A DNA stretch of 64,000 bases from the human T2T-CHM13v2.0 reference genome, Homo sapiens, in NCBI RefSeq assembly GCF_009914755.1, contig NC_060927.1. One strand, given 5' to 3'. Position 1 is the stretch's first letter. The number at the start of each line of letters is the position of its first letter. Shown one piece after another: positions 13,915 to 27,978 of the stretch. Under the pieces are notes generated by a model. That model was not told where the DNA came from. It saw only the letters and a program-made list of their open reading frames with translations, and searched no databases. Position numbers and translations under genes: made by a program.

Positions 13915-14490
13915 TCTCTTTCAGGCTGAACAATGCTATTTCCTAAAATGTTTATAGTAGACAAGGTGTCTACATCCCACCATCCTGGTACCCCTCTGGG
14001 CTCATGCTCCAGTTCGACAGCGTCACTCTGAACATGCTGCATCTTAAGCTGAAGGAGATCCTCCGTATTGAGGTTGTGGGTCTGTCGATCAATGTATTCA
14101 ACTTTTAACTAACTGCTCCACAACACTGGCTTATAATGCATGTGTGACCAGTTAAAACCACAGGGCGTCTCCATTAACTTCTGTCAGGTCAGGTTTCCCA
14201 CCTCCACCCTGTACTTGGCAGTTGCTCTTTTGACCTAATGGCAGTTTATTTTAAATTTAGTTTAATTTATTGGCTTGGGCCTAGTCAATGTCCCTTTTCA
14301 GGTGATGTGAAATGTGAGCCCCTGGCCCATCTTGGTCGTCTTGCCCAGGTTTGTGGCTTCTGCTCATTTGGTAAACCCACCTTCTGTGCCCCCATCCAAA
14401 GTGTCAGTACAAATGTTTGGCACAGATCCCTGGGGCACATCACCTGAGACATCCATTGAGATTCACATCAAGCTGTCAGTTGATAATCTC
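13915..14490 (-). mobile_element. CR1/L3 LINE relic (RT region)
   Basis: Minus strand at ~14423-14444 reads G-D-V-P-Q-G-S (non-LTR RT 'GVPQGS' motif); 'ttcaggctgaacaa' resembles the CR1 3' part. Confidence 0.6.
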
Positions 14491-14929
14491 TATTTTCTTG
14501 TTCAGCTACCAGGGAGAATAGATCTAATTGTATTTTGGCCCTTAGGGGTAACCCCAGAGGCTTTGGGCACATGCTGATGAAAAATCAAAATCCCTTAGGA
14601 GCTGAAGCATATTCCAGAAAGGCTAGGATGCCACCAGGTCAACACCACTCTGAATAAGCACAGGTAATTGAGGCATTGACCCTATAATTATGTGGGTGGT
14701 TTACTCCCAGCAAAGGCCTAATCCTCAGTTGGCTCCTCTTTGCCACTCACAGGTCTCCGAGTCACTTCCTTTCACCAGCCATTTTTAGTAAACTCCAGGG
14801 GAGTTCGGATCAATTTGCTTAATATTTCAAGATTTTATTCCATCACATAAAGAAATAGATTAGTGGGATGTACCTTCAAGTATAATCTCTTAGAATTTGT
14901 GTATTAACTTTTTTGTCCCTGCACCTGTG

Positions 14930-15105
14930 ACCTTTTTAAAAAATTGAGTTAATACCTACAGAGAAATGCCCAGATCTTAAATATGCACTTCCAAGAGTTT
15001 AAGCAATTGTATAATCCACGCCATCAGCACCCTAGTCAAGATACAGGTCCCACCCATCACCCCAGAAATGCTTCAGTGCCTCCTTCCAGTCGGTTTCCCC
15101 CTCAC
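14930..15105 (-). mobile_element. L1M 3'-end fragment
   Basis: 'cagagaaatgcccagatcttaaa...agtcaagataca...ccatcaccccagaaa'. Confidence 0.6.
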
Positions 15106-15901
15106 TCTTCATGTGGCCTAAGACTGTACCACTCTAACAGGTCTTAGACCCATGCAAATATAACTAAAGGTGATTAGAAAGAAATATCCCATAAAAATAA
15201 AATAAGAACAATATACATGTTTTGAAAATAACTGCAGTTTAGCATTTTCCATCTCTGTCTATGGCACAGGTAACCAAGTGTTTACTACATTGTTTTCTCA
15301 CATTTTCTATTGCATAATTTTCTTTGAATAGTTCAGTGTCATACCAATTAAAATGTTTACTCTGTGTTGCAACTTGTAGTATCTTAAAAAACGTATATGT
15401 ACAACTGAACTTAAAAGGAGGGACACTCTGCTGGAATGTGAGAGTCATTAGGTATATAACAACCAATGTCATCATTCCTGGCTGGTAGAATTGTCTGATG
15501 AGGCCTGCAGCCAGCAGAGGTGCTCACAGGTGCAGGAGTGCATACTGGCTGGCCTTTACCTGGTGGTTTGTGTTGGCTGCTGTTTGTGGAGACCTGCATT
15601 TGTAAGAGCATCCCTGACTGCTGTGGCTGACACACCTGCAAGTGTCTGTGGAATGTAATTAGTGCAGCCCAGCCTTGCAAAAAAGAAAGTCTTCTCTTGT
15701 TGCAGGAGATGAACTGGACTGACCCATTCATGATTGGTGGATAGAAGATATCCACCTATATTTTTGTACTTTGCAAAGAGTGTTCAACATTCACTAATAT
15801 GATGGTGACCTTCTGGGAAGGATGAAAAATTCTGAGAAATTCTTTAAGTCTGATAGCAAATTATGTTTTAGCTGTCCTGTCTTAAGTTCAGCTTTGGTGT
15901 T

Positions 15902-16356
15902 TGTGATGGTTAATTTTATGTGTCAACTTGATGGAGCTAAGGGATGCCCAGCTCACTGGTAAAATAGTACTTCTGGGTGTGCCTATGAGGGTGTTTCTGA
16001 AGGAGATTAGCATTTGAGTTGGTGGGCTGACTGGAGAAGAGTGCCCTCAACAATGCGAGTGGGCATCATCCAATCTGTTGGGGGCCCAAATAAAACAGAA
16101 AGACAGAGGAAGGGCAAATTTGCTGTCTGAGCTGCGACATCCACCTTCTGCCGTCAAACACCAGCTCTCCTGGTTCTTGGGGAACTTGGACTGGAAGAAA
16201 CCACACTGGGTTTCCTGGATCTCCAGCTTGCAGATGGCAGATCTGGAGACTTCTCAGCCTCTGTAATCCATGAGCCAATCCCTCATAATAAATCTCTTTC
16301 TATATATCTCTATATATCCTCTTGGCCTGTTTCTCTGGAGAATCCTAACTAATATG
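15902..16356 (+). mobile_element. ERVL solo LTR (MLT2, MLT2D/C-like)
   Basis: tgtgatggttaattttatgtgtcaacttga...aataaatctc...tttctctggagaatcctaactaata. Confidence 0.92.
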
Positions 16357-16414
16357 ACATTTTGCCTAACTATGGTAAGGTGCTACTCAGAGCCCTGCAA
16401 AGCAATGAAGAAAT

Positions 16415-16630
16415 AGTAGTAGTAACAGCAATAATAAAAACCACCATGACAATAATAACAACCATTTGCTATTGCTCACCATGCTGGCAGCTGTGCTGAG
16501 GAGCTTGTATAGATCATCACAATTAATTCCCACAGCAGTACCATTTATAGATCAAGTAATTGAAGTAAAACAGGTGAAGTAACTTTCCTAAAGGGGTAAA
16601 CCACATTAAAAGTAGAATTTGTACCAGGTG
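16415..16630 (-). mobile_element. MIR fragment
   Basis: 'aataataacaaccattt...ctgtgctgag...aggtgaagtaactttcctaa'. Confidence 0.55.
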
Positions 16631-16825
16631 TACCTGTCAGTGTCCCAGGAGAAAATGGCTGGTATATTTAAATTGAGCGATTGGAGGCAAGTATGATAAA
16701 TAAATAATGGAGTTTTCACATGTATGAGGAACTGCACCTAGATGTGTTCCTTGGTCTGTCTTTCTGGATCATTCCGTGCTATGATGTCCTTCTAATATCT
16801 CTAGCTTTCATAATAAGTTATATTA

Positions 16826-17514
<689 letters not shown>

Positions 17515-17569
17515 AAACTATCATCTTACTTATAATAGATTATAAAACTCTCTTGGATTTTCTATACTA

Positions 17570-18103
17570 AGGTAGTCAAAATTTTAAGAAGGCCTCCAAG
17601 ATTTTCACCTCTTGATGTACATACCCCATATAATTCCCTTCCCTTGAGTGTCAGTAGAACCTGTTAATATGATGGGATAGTCACTCCCATTATTATGCTG
17701 TACCATTTAAGACAGTTCTAGGTGACCGAAGGGAGAGATTCTCCTGGTGGCTTTGAACAAGTAAGCTGTGACAGTGTAGGCCAAGTGGCAAGGGACTGCA
17801 GGCGGCTTCCGGGGGCCAAGAGCAGGCCCCAGGCAACAACCATCAGAAAACGGAAGCCTCACTCCTATCATCCCAGGGAACTGAATTCTGCCACCACATG
17901 AGTTTGGAAGAGGATCATGAGCTCCAGCTGAGAGCAGAAGTAGGGCCTCCGCCTTGATTTCAGCCCCACCTTGATTTCAGCCTACTGACACCCTGTATAG
18001 AGATACTGACTTCTGACCTACAAAACTGTGACATAATAAATGTGGGTTTTTTAAACTGCTAAATTTGCGGTTATTTGTTACCCAACAACAGAAAGCATTG
18101 TAA
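17570..18103 (+). mobile_element. MaLR LTR (MLT1E-like)
   Basis: 'ctgaattctgccac...ttctgacctacaaaactgtga...ctaaatttgcggttatttgtta'; contains a short tandem duplication of ccttgatttcagcc. Confidence 0.85.
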
Positions 18104-18257
18104 ACATTCTTGCTGTTTGCAATTAATGGCAAGATTGTTTCTTCCTTTCCAAACCTTATACATTTTATATTTATTCCTGGCCTTATTTTCCTGGCTAAAA
18201 CCTTGAGTTAAATAGAAGGGACGATATTGAAAATCCTTAAATTTTTCTTGATTGTAA

Positions 18258-18587
<330 letters not shown>

Positions 18588-18960
18588 TAATTCTTCTAAT
18601 ATGTCATCATTAAATGTTTTTGTAATCTTTTAGAGAACATCTTTGATGAAATCATGAGCTTTAACTTCTCTTCCTACTTTGCTAAGAGTTTATTTTCCAA
18701 TTACGAATGGGCTTTAAAGTTGTTATGTGTGTTTTCTACAGCTATTGAAATAATTATATGTTTTTTCTTTTTTAACTGTTAAGCTAGTTTCTACGTTGAT
18801 AGATTTTCTGAAGTTAAGCCATTATTTCATTCTTGGAATAAAACCTAAATTTAAAAATGTAGTACATTGCCAGTTTTAGATTGTTAATGTTTTATTTAAG
18901 ATCTTTGTTATCTTTCTTCAAAGGATTAGTAAAACAATTGTAAAGCCTTCAAAGATTGTT

Positions 18961-19766
18961 GATCTTTTCTTTCCCTCTTAAATAGACTTTATTTTTTAAA
19001 TCAGTTTTAGGTTCATAGCAAAACTGAGCTGAAGGTACAGAAATTCTCATATTTCCTCAGCCTCTCCCACTATCAACATCCTGCATCAGAGTGGAACACT
19101 TATTACAACTGATGAGCCCACATTGGCACATCATTATCAATCAAAGTATATAGTTTACATTAGAGTTCACCCTTGGTGTTGTATATACTATGGGTTTGGA
19201 CAAATGTGTAATGACATATATTCATATATTCACCATTGTAGTATCACACATAATAGTTACCCTGTCCCAAAAAGTCTTTGTGCTGTTGAAAATGATTTCT
19301 TCTTTAACATCTTTCATCTCTTCCTACCAATCCCTGGCAGCCACTGATCCTTTTACTGCCTCCATAATTATGCCTTTTCCAGAATGTTGCATAGTTGGAA
19401 TGATGTCGTATGTAGACTTTTAAGACTGGCTTCTTTCACTGAGTAATATGAATTTGTTTTCTCCATGTCTTTTCATGGCTTGGTAGCTCATTTCTTTTTA
19501 GCACTGAAGAACATTTCATCGTCTGGATGTGCCACAATTTCTTTATTCATTGACCTACTGAAGGTCATCTTGGTTGCTTCCAAGTTTTGGCAATTATGAT
19601 AAATAAAGCTGCTATGAACATTCATCTATGGGTTTTTGTGTGGCCATAAGTTTTCAGCTCCTATGGGTGAATACCAAGAAGCACAATTGCTGAATCATAT
19701 GGTAAGAATATTTTTAGTTTTGTAAGAAGCTGCCAAACTGTCTTCTAAAGTGGGTATATCATTTTG
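18961..19766 (-). mobile_element. L1MC-type 3' end, 5'-truncated
   Basis: 'cagttttaggttcatagcaaaactgagc...ttgcttccaagttttggcaattatg'; probable TSD aaagattgtt at 18951-18960 and 19767-19776. Confidence 0.85.
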
Positions 19767-20330
19767 AAAGATTGTTTTTGTTGTTGATTTTTTTTTGTAA
19801 CTTTTATTTAGCTGAATAGTCTATTTTCGTTATGGAACCATGCATTTTAGTCATTTATAATAATTATTGTGTGGATTTAATATACTTATAATGTGGGTTA
19901 ACATTTGGCAGTGCAAACCCATCACTCATCCCAATGTATGCATTATTTTCTTCTTCAAAATTTGTGATGCTGAAGTATTATTCTATAAACCCCTCTCACC
20001 CCTTTGCCCCCTAGTTGTTGATTTTTTAAAAATTGATTAAATTTTTAAATTATTGTTTGTCTCTAAATGCTTAACAGATCTTTTCAGGTTTTTTATTCTT
20101 CTTGAGTTTTTAAAATATTTCTCTAGAAAATTGTGTACTTCATCTACATTTTTATTATAATATTGTTGTTCATAGTATTCTTTCATGAGGTTCTAAAATT
20201 TCCTATACCAGTATTTATATTGAATTTTTATTTTTTATTATTGTTGATATGTGCCTTTTCTTATTTATTATTTGCCAGGTTTGTGAAGTTTTTGTTTTAT
20301 AAGTCTTTGTCAAGAGCCAGCATTTGGTTT

Positions 20331-20436
20331 TATTAACTCTATTTAGTTATCTTTGTTTTCTTATTTCATTCATTTCTGTTCCTGCATTTATTAGCTCTTT
20401 TCTTCTACTTTGTTTTGTTTATTAGTTATATAGCTT
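20331..20436. repeat. Direct repeat copy 1 (left flank of AluJ)
   Basis: Aligns by eye to 20737-20828. Confidence 0.9.
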
Positions 20437-20438
20437 CC

Positions 20439-20736
20439 TTTTTTTTTTTTTTTTTTTTGTTTTTGGAGACTGTGTCTCACTCTGTCGCTCAGGCTGGAGT
20501 ACAGTGGCGTGATCATGGCTCACTGCAGCCTTTGACCTCCCAGGCTCAAGCAATCCTCCAACCTCTCAGCCTCCTGACTAGCTGGGGCCACAGGCACATT
20601 GCCACCATGCCCAGCTAACTTTTATATTTTTGGTAAAGATGGGGTTTTGCCATGTTGCCCAAGCAGGTCTCAAATGATCCTCCTGCCTTTGCCTCTCAAA
20701 GTGCTGGGATTACAGGCATGAACTACTGTGTCTGTC
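20439..20736 (-). mobile_element. AluJ
   Basis: 'atcatggctcactgcagcc...ctcaagcaatcctcc'; small deletion in the left arm. Confidence 0.95.
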
Positions 20737-20828
20737 TATTAAATCTATTTAGTTATCTTTGTTTTTTATTTCATTCATTTCAGTTCTTACATTTATTCTT
20801 TCCATTTTATTTATTAGTTATATGACTT
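20737..20828. repeat. Direct repeat copy 2 (right flank of AluJ)
   Basis: Aligns by eye to 20331-20436. Confidence 0.9.
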
Positions 20829-21873
20829 TTTTTAATTTTATTTTTATTATTATTATACTTTAAGTTTTAGGGTACATGTGCACAATGTGCAGGTTAGTTA
20901 CATATGTATACCTGTGCCATGTTGGTGTGCTGCACCCATTAACTCGTCATTTAGCATTAGGTATATCTCCTAATGCTATCCCTCCCCCCTCCCCCCACCC
21001 CACAACAGTCCCCGGAGTGTGATGTTCCTCTTCCTGTGTCCATGTGTTCTCATTGTTCAATTCCCACCTATGAGTGAGAACATGCGGTGTTTGGTTTTTT
21101 GTCCTTGGCGATAGTTTGCTGAGAATGATGGTTTCCAGTTTCATCCATGTCCCTACAAAGGACATGAACTCTTCATTTTTTATGGCTGCATAGTATTCCA
21201 TGGTGTATATGTGCCACATTTTCTTAATCCAGTCTATTGTTGTTGGACATTTGGGTTGGTTCCAAGTCTTTGCTATTGTGAATAGTGCCGCAATAAACAT
21301 ACGTGTGCATGTGTCTTTATAGCAGCATGATTTATAATCCTTTGGGTATATACCCAGTAATGGGATGGCTGGGTCAAATGGTATTTCTAGTTCTAGATCC
21401 CTGAGGAATCGCCACACTGACTTCCACAATGGTTGAACTAGTTTACAGTCCCACCAACAGTGTAAAAGTGTTCCTATTTCCTCACATCCTCTCCAACACC
21501 CGTTGTTTCCTGACTTTTTAAAGATCGCCATTCTAACTGGTGTGAGATGGTATCTCATTGTGGTTTTGATTTGCATTTCTCTGATGGCCAGTGATGATGA
21601 GCATTTTTTCATGTGTTTTTTGGCTGCATAAATGTCTTCTTTTGAGAAGTGTCTGTTCATATTCTTCGCCCACTTTTTGATGGGGTCGTTTGTTTTTTTC
21701 TTGTAAATTTGTTTGAGTTCATTGTAGATTCTGGATATTAGCCCTTTGTCAGATGAGTAGGTTGCAAAAATTTTCTCCCATTTTGTAGGTTGCCTGTTCA
21801 CTCTGATGGTAGTTTCTTTTGCTGTGCAGAAGCTCTTTAGTTTAATTAGATCCCATTTGTCAATTGTGGCTTT
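20827..21873 (-). mobile_element. Young primate L1 (L1PA3/4-like), 5'-truncated ~1.05 kb
   Basis: Canonical L1PA 3' UTR 'ttatactttaagttttagggtacatgtgcac', G-tract and ORF2 end. Confidence 0.97.
21057..21873 (-). pseudogene. L1 ORF2p C-terminal remnant (Cys-rich domain), frameshifted near its end
   Basis: ORF 20947..21897: [20 protein letters not shown]...CWRGC...[13 protein letters not shown]; lacks EN/RT; extra base at ~21107 changes the C-terminus. Confidence 0.93.
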
Positions 21874-24056
21874 CTCTTGAACTGACTGTGAAATCATTAG
21901 TTTTTAAATTTTTCTTCGTTTTTGAATATATCTGAATTTTTCCCTCTAGGTTCTGCATTACCTGCATTCCATATGATATGTAGCATTTTCTTTGGTATCC
22001 ATTTCTAAATACAGTATTTTGTTATTTTTTAAATGATTTATTCTTTAACTCATGAAATATTTAGACATGTATTTCTTATTTTCCAAATATGTTGGTTCAT
22101 TTTTTATTTGTTTTGGATTTTTAATTGTATTTTATTATGGTTTGGGAACTTGATCTGAATGATACTGAGTTTTTATTTACTGAGATTCCTTTTGATGTTC
22201 ATTCAGTGGTCAAGTTTTATGAATGTTCAGTTTTTTCAAAAATACTTCAAATGTGACAAAAATATGTCTGTAATGTCAGGTGCATGATTCCATTATCTCA
22301 CATTTTTGAGGTCTCTCTTTATGGCGCTCTTACAAGGTTGGTTGTCTTTCATTAGATCACAGGGCTTTCTGATTCCCTGCCTAGCTCTCAGTTTAATTTT
22401 CTGAGTAAGGATTCCTATAATCTGGGGAAAATGTAAATATGAATACCATTCCCTTAAGTGGAATAGGTTTGGGGGTTTGATTTTATGTGAAAAACTTACT
22501 CTTTTTTATCCGTAGAAGCAGGCAGATTACAAACTCCCTTGACACCCACGGTGTTGAGGGAAAATGTATGTTTATGTGTATAATTTTTCTAGCCTCCTTT
22601 TCATAGAGGGGCTTCACAGGGAGTTTCAAAACTTGTATTGCATTTATTAGAAATTTCAGAGGCTAATCCCTACATGAACAAGTGGATGGATGATAGAGAT
22701 GTACCAATTATAATTACATATACATACAGCTATATGTATATATTATATATGCAAACAGATACATATGCAACACTATAACTTAGATTTTCACTGTAATGTA
22801 TGAACTAGCACCTATTTCAAACACTGCTTTTGAACTTGATAGAAAGACATTGGTTATATATATTTTTAAATTATATTTTAAAAATTCTATCAAATTGTCT
22901 GCAGTCATTAATTAGGTTATTCAGAGCTGCCTCAGCAAACTTATTCTGCAGTTGAGAAAATGGGAACTGAATGGACTTCTTTATCATCAATTTGTGCCAT
23001 TGTCTACAGAAACTTAGATCAGCTTTGACTAGCTTTTTCCTTCTGCTTTTTTTCAAAGAAGATTTTTATAATATGTGGGACAGGGACTGTTAATTTTCTC
23101 TACTACAACATTACATTCTACTGAGCTGATTGCAATTTTATTTAATCTTCCATCTTTACAGATGGAAGGCCTCCAAAGGCTTTAGTAGGCCCCAATTTGG
23201 GAATATAATCACTCTGAATGAAGAAACCAAAGTAAGTAAACTGTGTGGTATTGGGGGAAATTGGGATTGGGGTGAGGTAAAGTCTTTTTTTTAAATGTAC
23301 TAAAAACAAGATCTCCCTTGACTTTTGATAAAGGCAAGTTATCCTAAATGCTTAAACCATTTGACTTAATTCTTGGTAAGGATGCCCATTAAATTTGATT
23401 TCATCCACTATAGTTCTGAGCTCAATTGCTTTTTGCCTCATTTATTTTTCTTAGGCCCTGAGAGAGGATGGGTAGGAGCTCTCCACGAAGGAGGCCCAAA
23501 GTGGTCCGTTCCTCCACGCTGGCACTCTCCTCACTAGGTCAGCTCATCTTCTTCTAACTCAAAACAACACATTGTTTCTCTCAAGAAAAGTGATTTTTGA
23601 AACCATTATTTTTGCTATTTGACAGGCAGGATTGTTTGTTTATACTAACTCCAACTCCAATCATAATACTGTACACATGGTGCTCAAGAAGCTGGGTGGT
23701 TCAGAAAGAAGTAATGCTTCCAATGATGGTGGGCATTTTCCAAGTGTTTGATCTGTGCCAGATGCTGGGCTAAGAGCTATTGGGCTCTTATTTGATCCAC
23801 AGGCCAATTCTGCAAGGAAGGAGCAGGTCATTTATTCTGATAATCAGAGCTTGTCAGGGTTTGGATCCTCATTTACTGTTGCTCTACTGGTATACACTGC
23901 CCAGATGATATCCATTGTTATTATCCTCTACTCCTCATCCTGATCTTGACCTTGAAATGTGAGCCAATGTGATTACCTGAGAGAATAATTCATTAATGCA
24001 TAAAAATAATTTATAAAAGTGCTTTTTCTTGAAAAGATTCCTTGAATGCCATTCTA

Positions 24057-24230
<174 letters not shown>

Positions 24231-24399
24231 GTTTGGCAGCGTGTTCAGGAAGGACAGGACCTACTTCGATCATCTTACGACCATGAGACAGGATGGAGAA
24301 GGGAAGAAGGTGAGTCGTAAGCTATAAAGAAAGATTGATTTATGGGATAAATAAATGAATGACCAGAACTGTAGCTTCTGTTCCACAAAATGGTTTGTA

Positions 24400-24510
24400 A
24401 TAGAGAGGACACAAGCTTTGTGATTAGACCAGGTTTGAAATAGCATCCCACTGCTTGCTGATGGCATCCTGGACATGTCATACAGGCTCTCTCAGCCTCA
24501 GTTTCCCTGA
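24400..24510 (+). mobile_element. MIR fragment
   Basis: 'ttagaccaggtttgaaat...ctctctcagcctcagtttcc'. Confidence 0.6.
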
Positions 24511-25279
24511 GGAAAGAAAGAGCAGAAAAGAAAAAATCTTATGGTCAGTGAAATCTCATCCTATCAGAAAAGTAGGTTACAACAACATGGTCTGTTAAAT
24601 CAGAGCATTATTGAGAATGCAAGTCCTCAAAGATGTACCTTCACTCTAGCACTGCTAACGATACAGGAGAGTAGTGGGGGTGCTTGGCCGTTGCTCACTC
24701 TCTTGTGTGTCCCCCTTTGCTCAGAATTTGGTCTCTATAAGGAGCCAGGGCCCCTTACAGGGAAGCTGATTTCCTGTCTTAATCAGAGAAAACCTCAGGA
24801 TTGATCTGGAGCAAAATAATGATTTCAAGTGGTTTAGGAACCGTGATGAAAGGACATAGGCATTGACCTAGAGAGCTCCTGCCTGCCTTTGGAAATGTGA
24901 ACGTGGCCCTGAAAATGATAATTATAGTTCATTGAAAGAGTTGAATTTGTAAAAAGTTCATAATATTTATAACAGAAAAACTAAAAGTTCAATAAAAAAG
25001 GAAGTCATAATAAGAGTGTGGATGCACTGCTGTGTTTAATTTTGTGTTGATTGTGGTAAGATGAGATGAGTAATCCATGTGGGGTTTCTCCTTCTGTTGG
25101 GCTACGTCTACTTGCCCACTTTGGGTGTGGATGTGCACGTGTTTCTGTCGATGTGGAGAGAAGGAGAGCATGGCTGTGTTTGGCTCTGGCCGCGTCGGGT
25201 GGGCTCTGTGTGTTGGTAGGAAGGTAGGCTGTGGGCTTCCTGCAAGGCAGTGGTGGCACTGGCTGGTCCCTTTGCCTTG

Positions 25280-25560
25280 TTTCACACTCCTGCTTTAGGT
25301 CTCAGCTTAACGGTCTGTTTCTCAGTAAGCTTGCCACCCAGACTAGTTTACCTCTCTCAGAACCTTTCCCTTGAGAATTTATCACAATAGGCAGTTGTGC
25401 AGTTATGTGTATGATTATTTGATTAACGTCTTCCTCTCCCACTGAGCTGTGATCTCCATATGGGCAAGGCCCATGTCTGTTTTGCTCACTGTGTTATTTC
25501 CTAATACCTGGCACAGGTACATCACAGGCTCTCAATAAACGCTTGAAACATGAATCAATG
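25280..25560 (+). mobile_element. L2 3' end
   Basis: 'actgagctgtgatctcca...atgtctgttttgctcactg...cctggcaca...ctcaataaa...tgaatcaatg'. Confidence 0.75.
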
Positions 25561-26031
25561 GCATAGTGCTGTACCATCCTTTATAAATGTAACATTTGGC
25601 TTCATTCCCCACCAGTACAGCATATAATTAACATGCAAATTTCTACCCCTAACACAGTAAAGGTTTACTCTTGAATTTTATTCTCTATAACTTAACAGTA
25701 GTTTGATTACTTTAACTTTTGCATCTCTGTCCTCCAGAAAAAGAGAATAATCATAGACTCATGGCACTAAAGGGGACCCTGTTATCTCAACTGGACAATT
25801 TAAACATTAGACTAATATTAAGCAATCCAGTCAAGATAAATGAGCTTCCTAAAGTTTCGGCAAGGCAAGGAGGTGGGGAAGGGAGAGCGCCCTGGGTTGG
25901 GGGCAGCATGTGCAGAACTCTGCCGTGGGACGATGCCCATCTGGAATGCTTGAGGAGCTCATAAAAGGACAGAGTGGCAGGAGCAGGATGGGGAAGGTGA
26001 AGTGGGAAAGTGGGCAGAAGTCAGATACCCC

Positions 26032-26346
26032 TCTGATGGGAATGTTCCCTTGCCTCCAGTCATATGTTGAAACCTAATCCAAACGAGTATTAAGAGAAGC
26101 TCACATGAATGGAATTAGTGCCTATAAAAGGCACCCAGGGAACTCATTTTTCTCTTCTGCCATGTGAGCTTACAGTAAAAAGACTCCTGTATATGAGGAA
26201 ATGGCCCTCACCAGACACCAAATCTGCCAGTGCCTTGATCTTGGACTTCTCAGCTTCCAGAACTGTGACCAATAATTTTTTTTTTTTTTTTTGGTAGTTA
26301 CGCAGTCTAAGATACTTTGTTACTGCAGCTCAAATGGACTAAGACA
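26032..26346 (+). mobile_element. MaLR LTR (MLT1A/MSTD-like)
   Basis: 'ccctcaccagacaccaaatctgccagtgccttgatcttggacttc...aatggactaagaca'. Confidence 0.88.
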
Positions 26347-27910
26347 GATACCAAGTTACAAAGACCATATTAGGTATTCGGCCTTTGTTCTAAGAGTGAT
26401 GTGGGGCCATTCAAATGTTCAGGTAGAGGTGTGTGTGTTCAGACTGTGTCTTCAGAGGCTCACTGACTGCCCTGCTGTCAATTGTGGACAGGCAGAGTGG
26501 ACGCACAGTACCCTCAGTGAGGAGGGTATGACTGCAACACTTAGCACTCAGTCAGGATGGAGCTCCTCCTCCCCCATGCTGTCCACCACCTCAGAGCACA
26601 TCAGGTTACGTGATATTTGTAAAAATGACCTTTCTCAGCAACGCAGTGCACTGGACCCATGGTGGGGCCTTGAGGGGCTTCTAAGGTTTCAAAAGTACCC
26701 CAGGAGTGTTCAGTATTATAATTATTACTGACTCAAGGGGGGTGAGGCCTCCTAAATCGCAATGACCACATCCTGCTACACCCCTCATATCCTTTTTGAG
26801 TTCTCTCCAACCCTAACTCTACTTTTCCTGAGAACATGATCCTCCAGAGCCCAAGGGAGTATGGCCTTTGGCCGTATCTTGAGAAATCTTAATACTTTAT
26901 AAAATTCAATTCTGTTTCCTCCTACTGACCTGCAGAACTTTTACTTACATCATTTGAGGATTAATTATGAAATTTAGGAAGATGTCCAGGTAAACAGATA
27001 CGCAGTCTTTCAAAATCTCAATAGTGAGAAGTGAAGTAATTTTTCGCTGGTGGAATTATTAGTGGAGCTATTTTTTTTGTAGTGTTAATTTTTCATCACA
27101 AATAGTAGGACACCAACCTTCTGGAAATTCAAGCTAGTTTTAAGGAATTGGAGTAAGATTTAGGACTACATGTATCACTACGTCTTAGATTCAGCAATTA
27201 AAACAGTTTATTTTGGGATACATTGTATAAGATAGTACTTTGTTCTTCTCTAATGAAACAGAGATTCTTATTCTATCAAAAGATATCAAATTCATTCTTT
27301 TTGCCCTCTTGGAGCCTGGAGAGGCCCATGGGAACAGGGCTTCTGAAACAGCAAACATGTCTGCAGGGCTGTGCCCTGAGGCCACTTTTGCTAGAAGTGA
27401 CATTTCTGGAACCAGAGGGAGCACACAACTGTTCTTGAAATTGAAGGTGTTTATGCCCGAGATGAAACTGAATTTTATTTGGGAAACAGATGTACTTATG
27501 TGTGCAAAGAACAACACAGTGGCCCTGGCAGCAAATCAAACAAAACCAGAGTCATCTGGGGAAAGGTAACTTGTGCCCAAGGAAAGAACAGCGTGGTTTG
27601 TGCCAAGTTCCAAAGCCACCCTCCTGCTAAGGCCATTGGGCACAGAATCCATGTGATGCTGTACCACTGGAGGATTCAAATTCATTGAAAAGTAAATAAA
27701 TACAATTTTAGGTTTGTTAATTTGAAAAAACATGTGGGTATCTAATTTCTATGTGTTGGCAGGGCCAAACAGTGAAACACGGAGCTTCAAGGCGAAGGCA
27801 GCTTGTTAGGGTCCCTCCTTCTGACCTGCCCTTGGCAGCACATAGACAACCTGTCTACGAGGTCCTTCCCCCACTGCTGCACTGTCGCAGGGGGTCATTG
27901 ATAGGTGTCT

Positions 27911-27978
27911 TATTTTTTATTTATTTTTCAGACAAGGTCTCACTCTGTAGCCCAGGTTGGAGTGCAGCGGCACCATCA
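27911..27978 (-). mobile_element. Short Alu 3' fragment
   Basis: T-rich tail followed by 'agacaaggtctcactctgtagcccaggttggagtgcagcgg'. Confidence 0.85.

Noticed and set aside
15685-15810. Strong acceptor 'cttctcttgttgcag' (similar ones at ~39391 and ~48836)
   Set aside because: Downstream frames show no recognisable protein and there is no clear paired donor.
27191-27569. Cluster of overlapping ORFs ending near a donor-like 'aag|gtaac'
   Set aside because: No recognisable protein and no convincing acceptor; not supportable as an exon.
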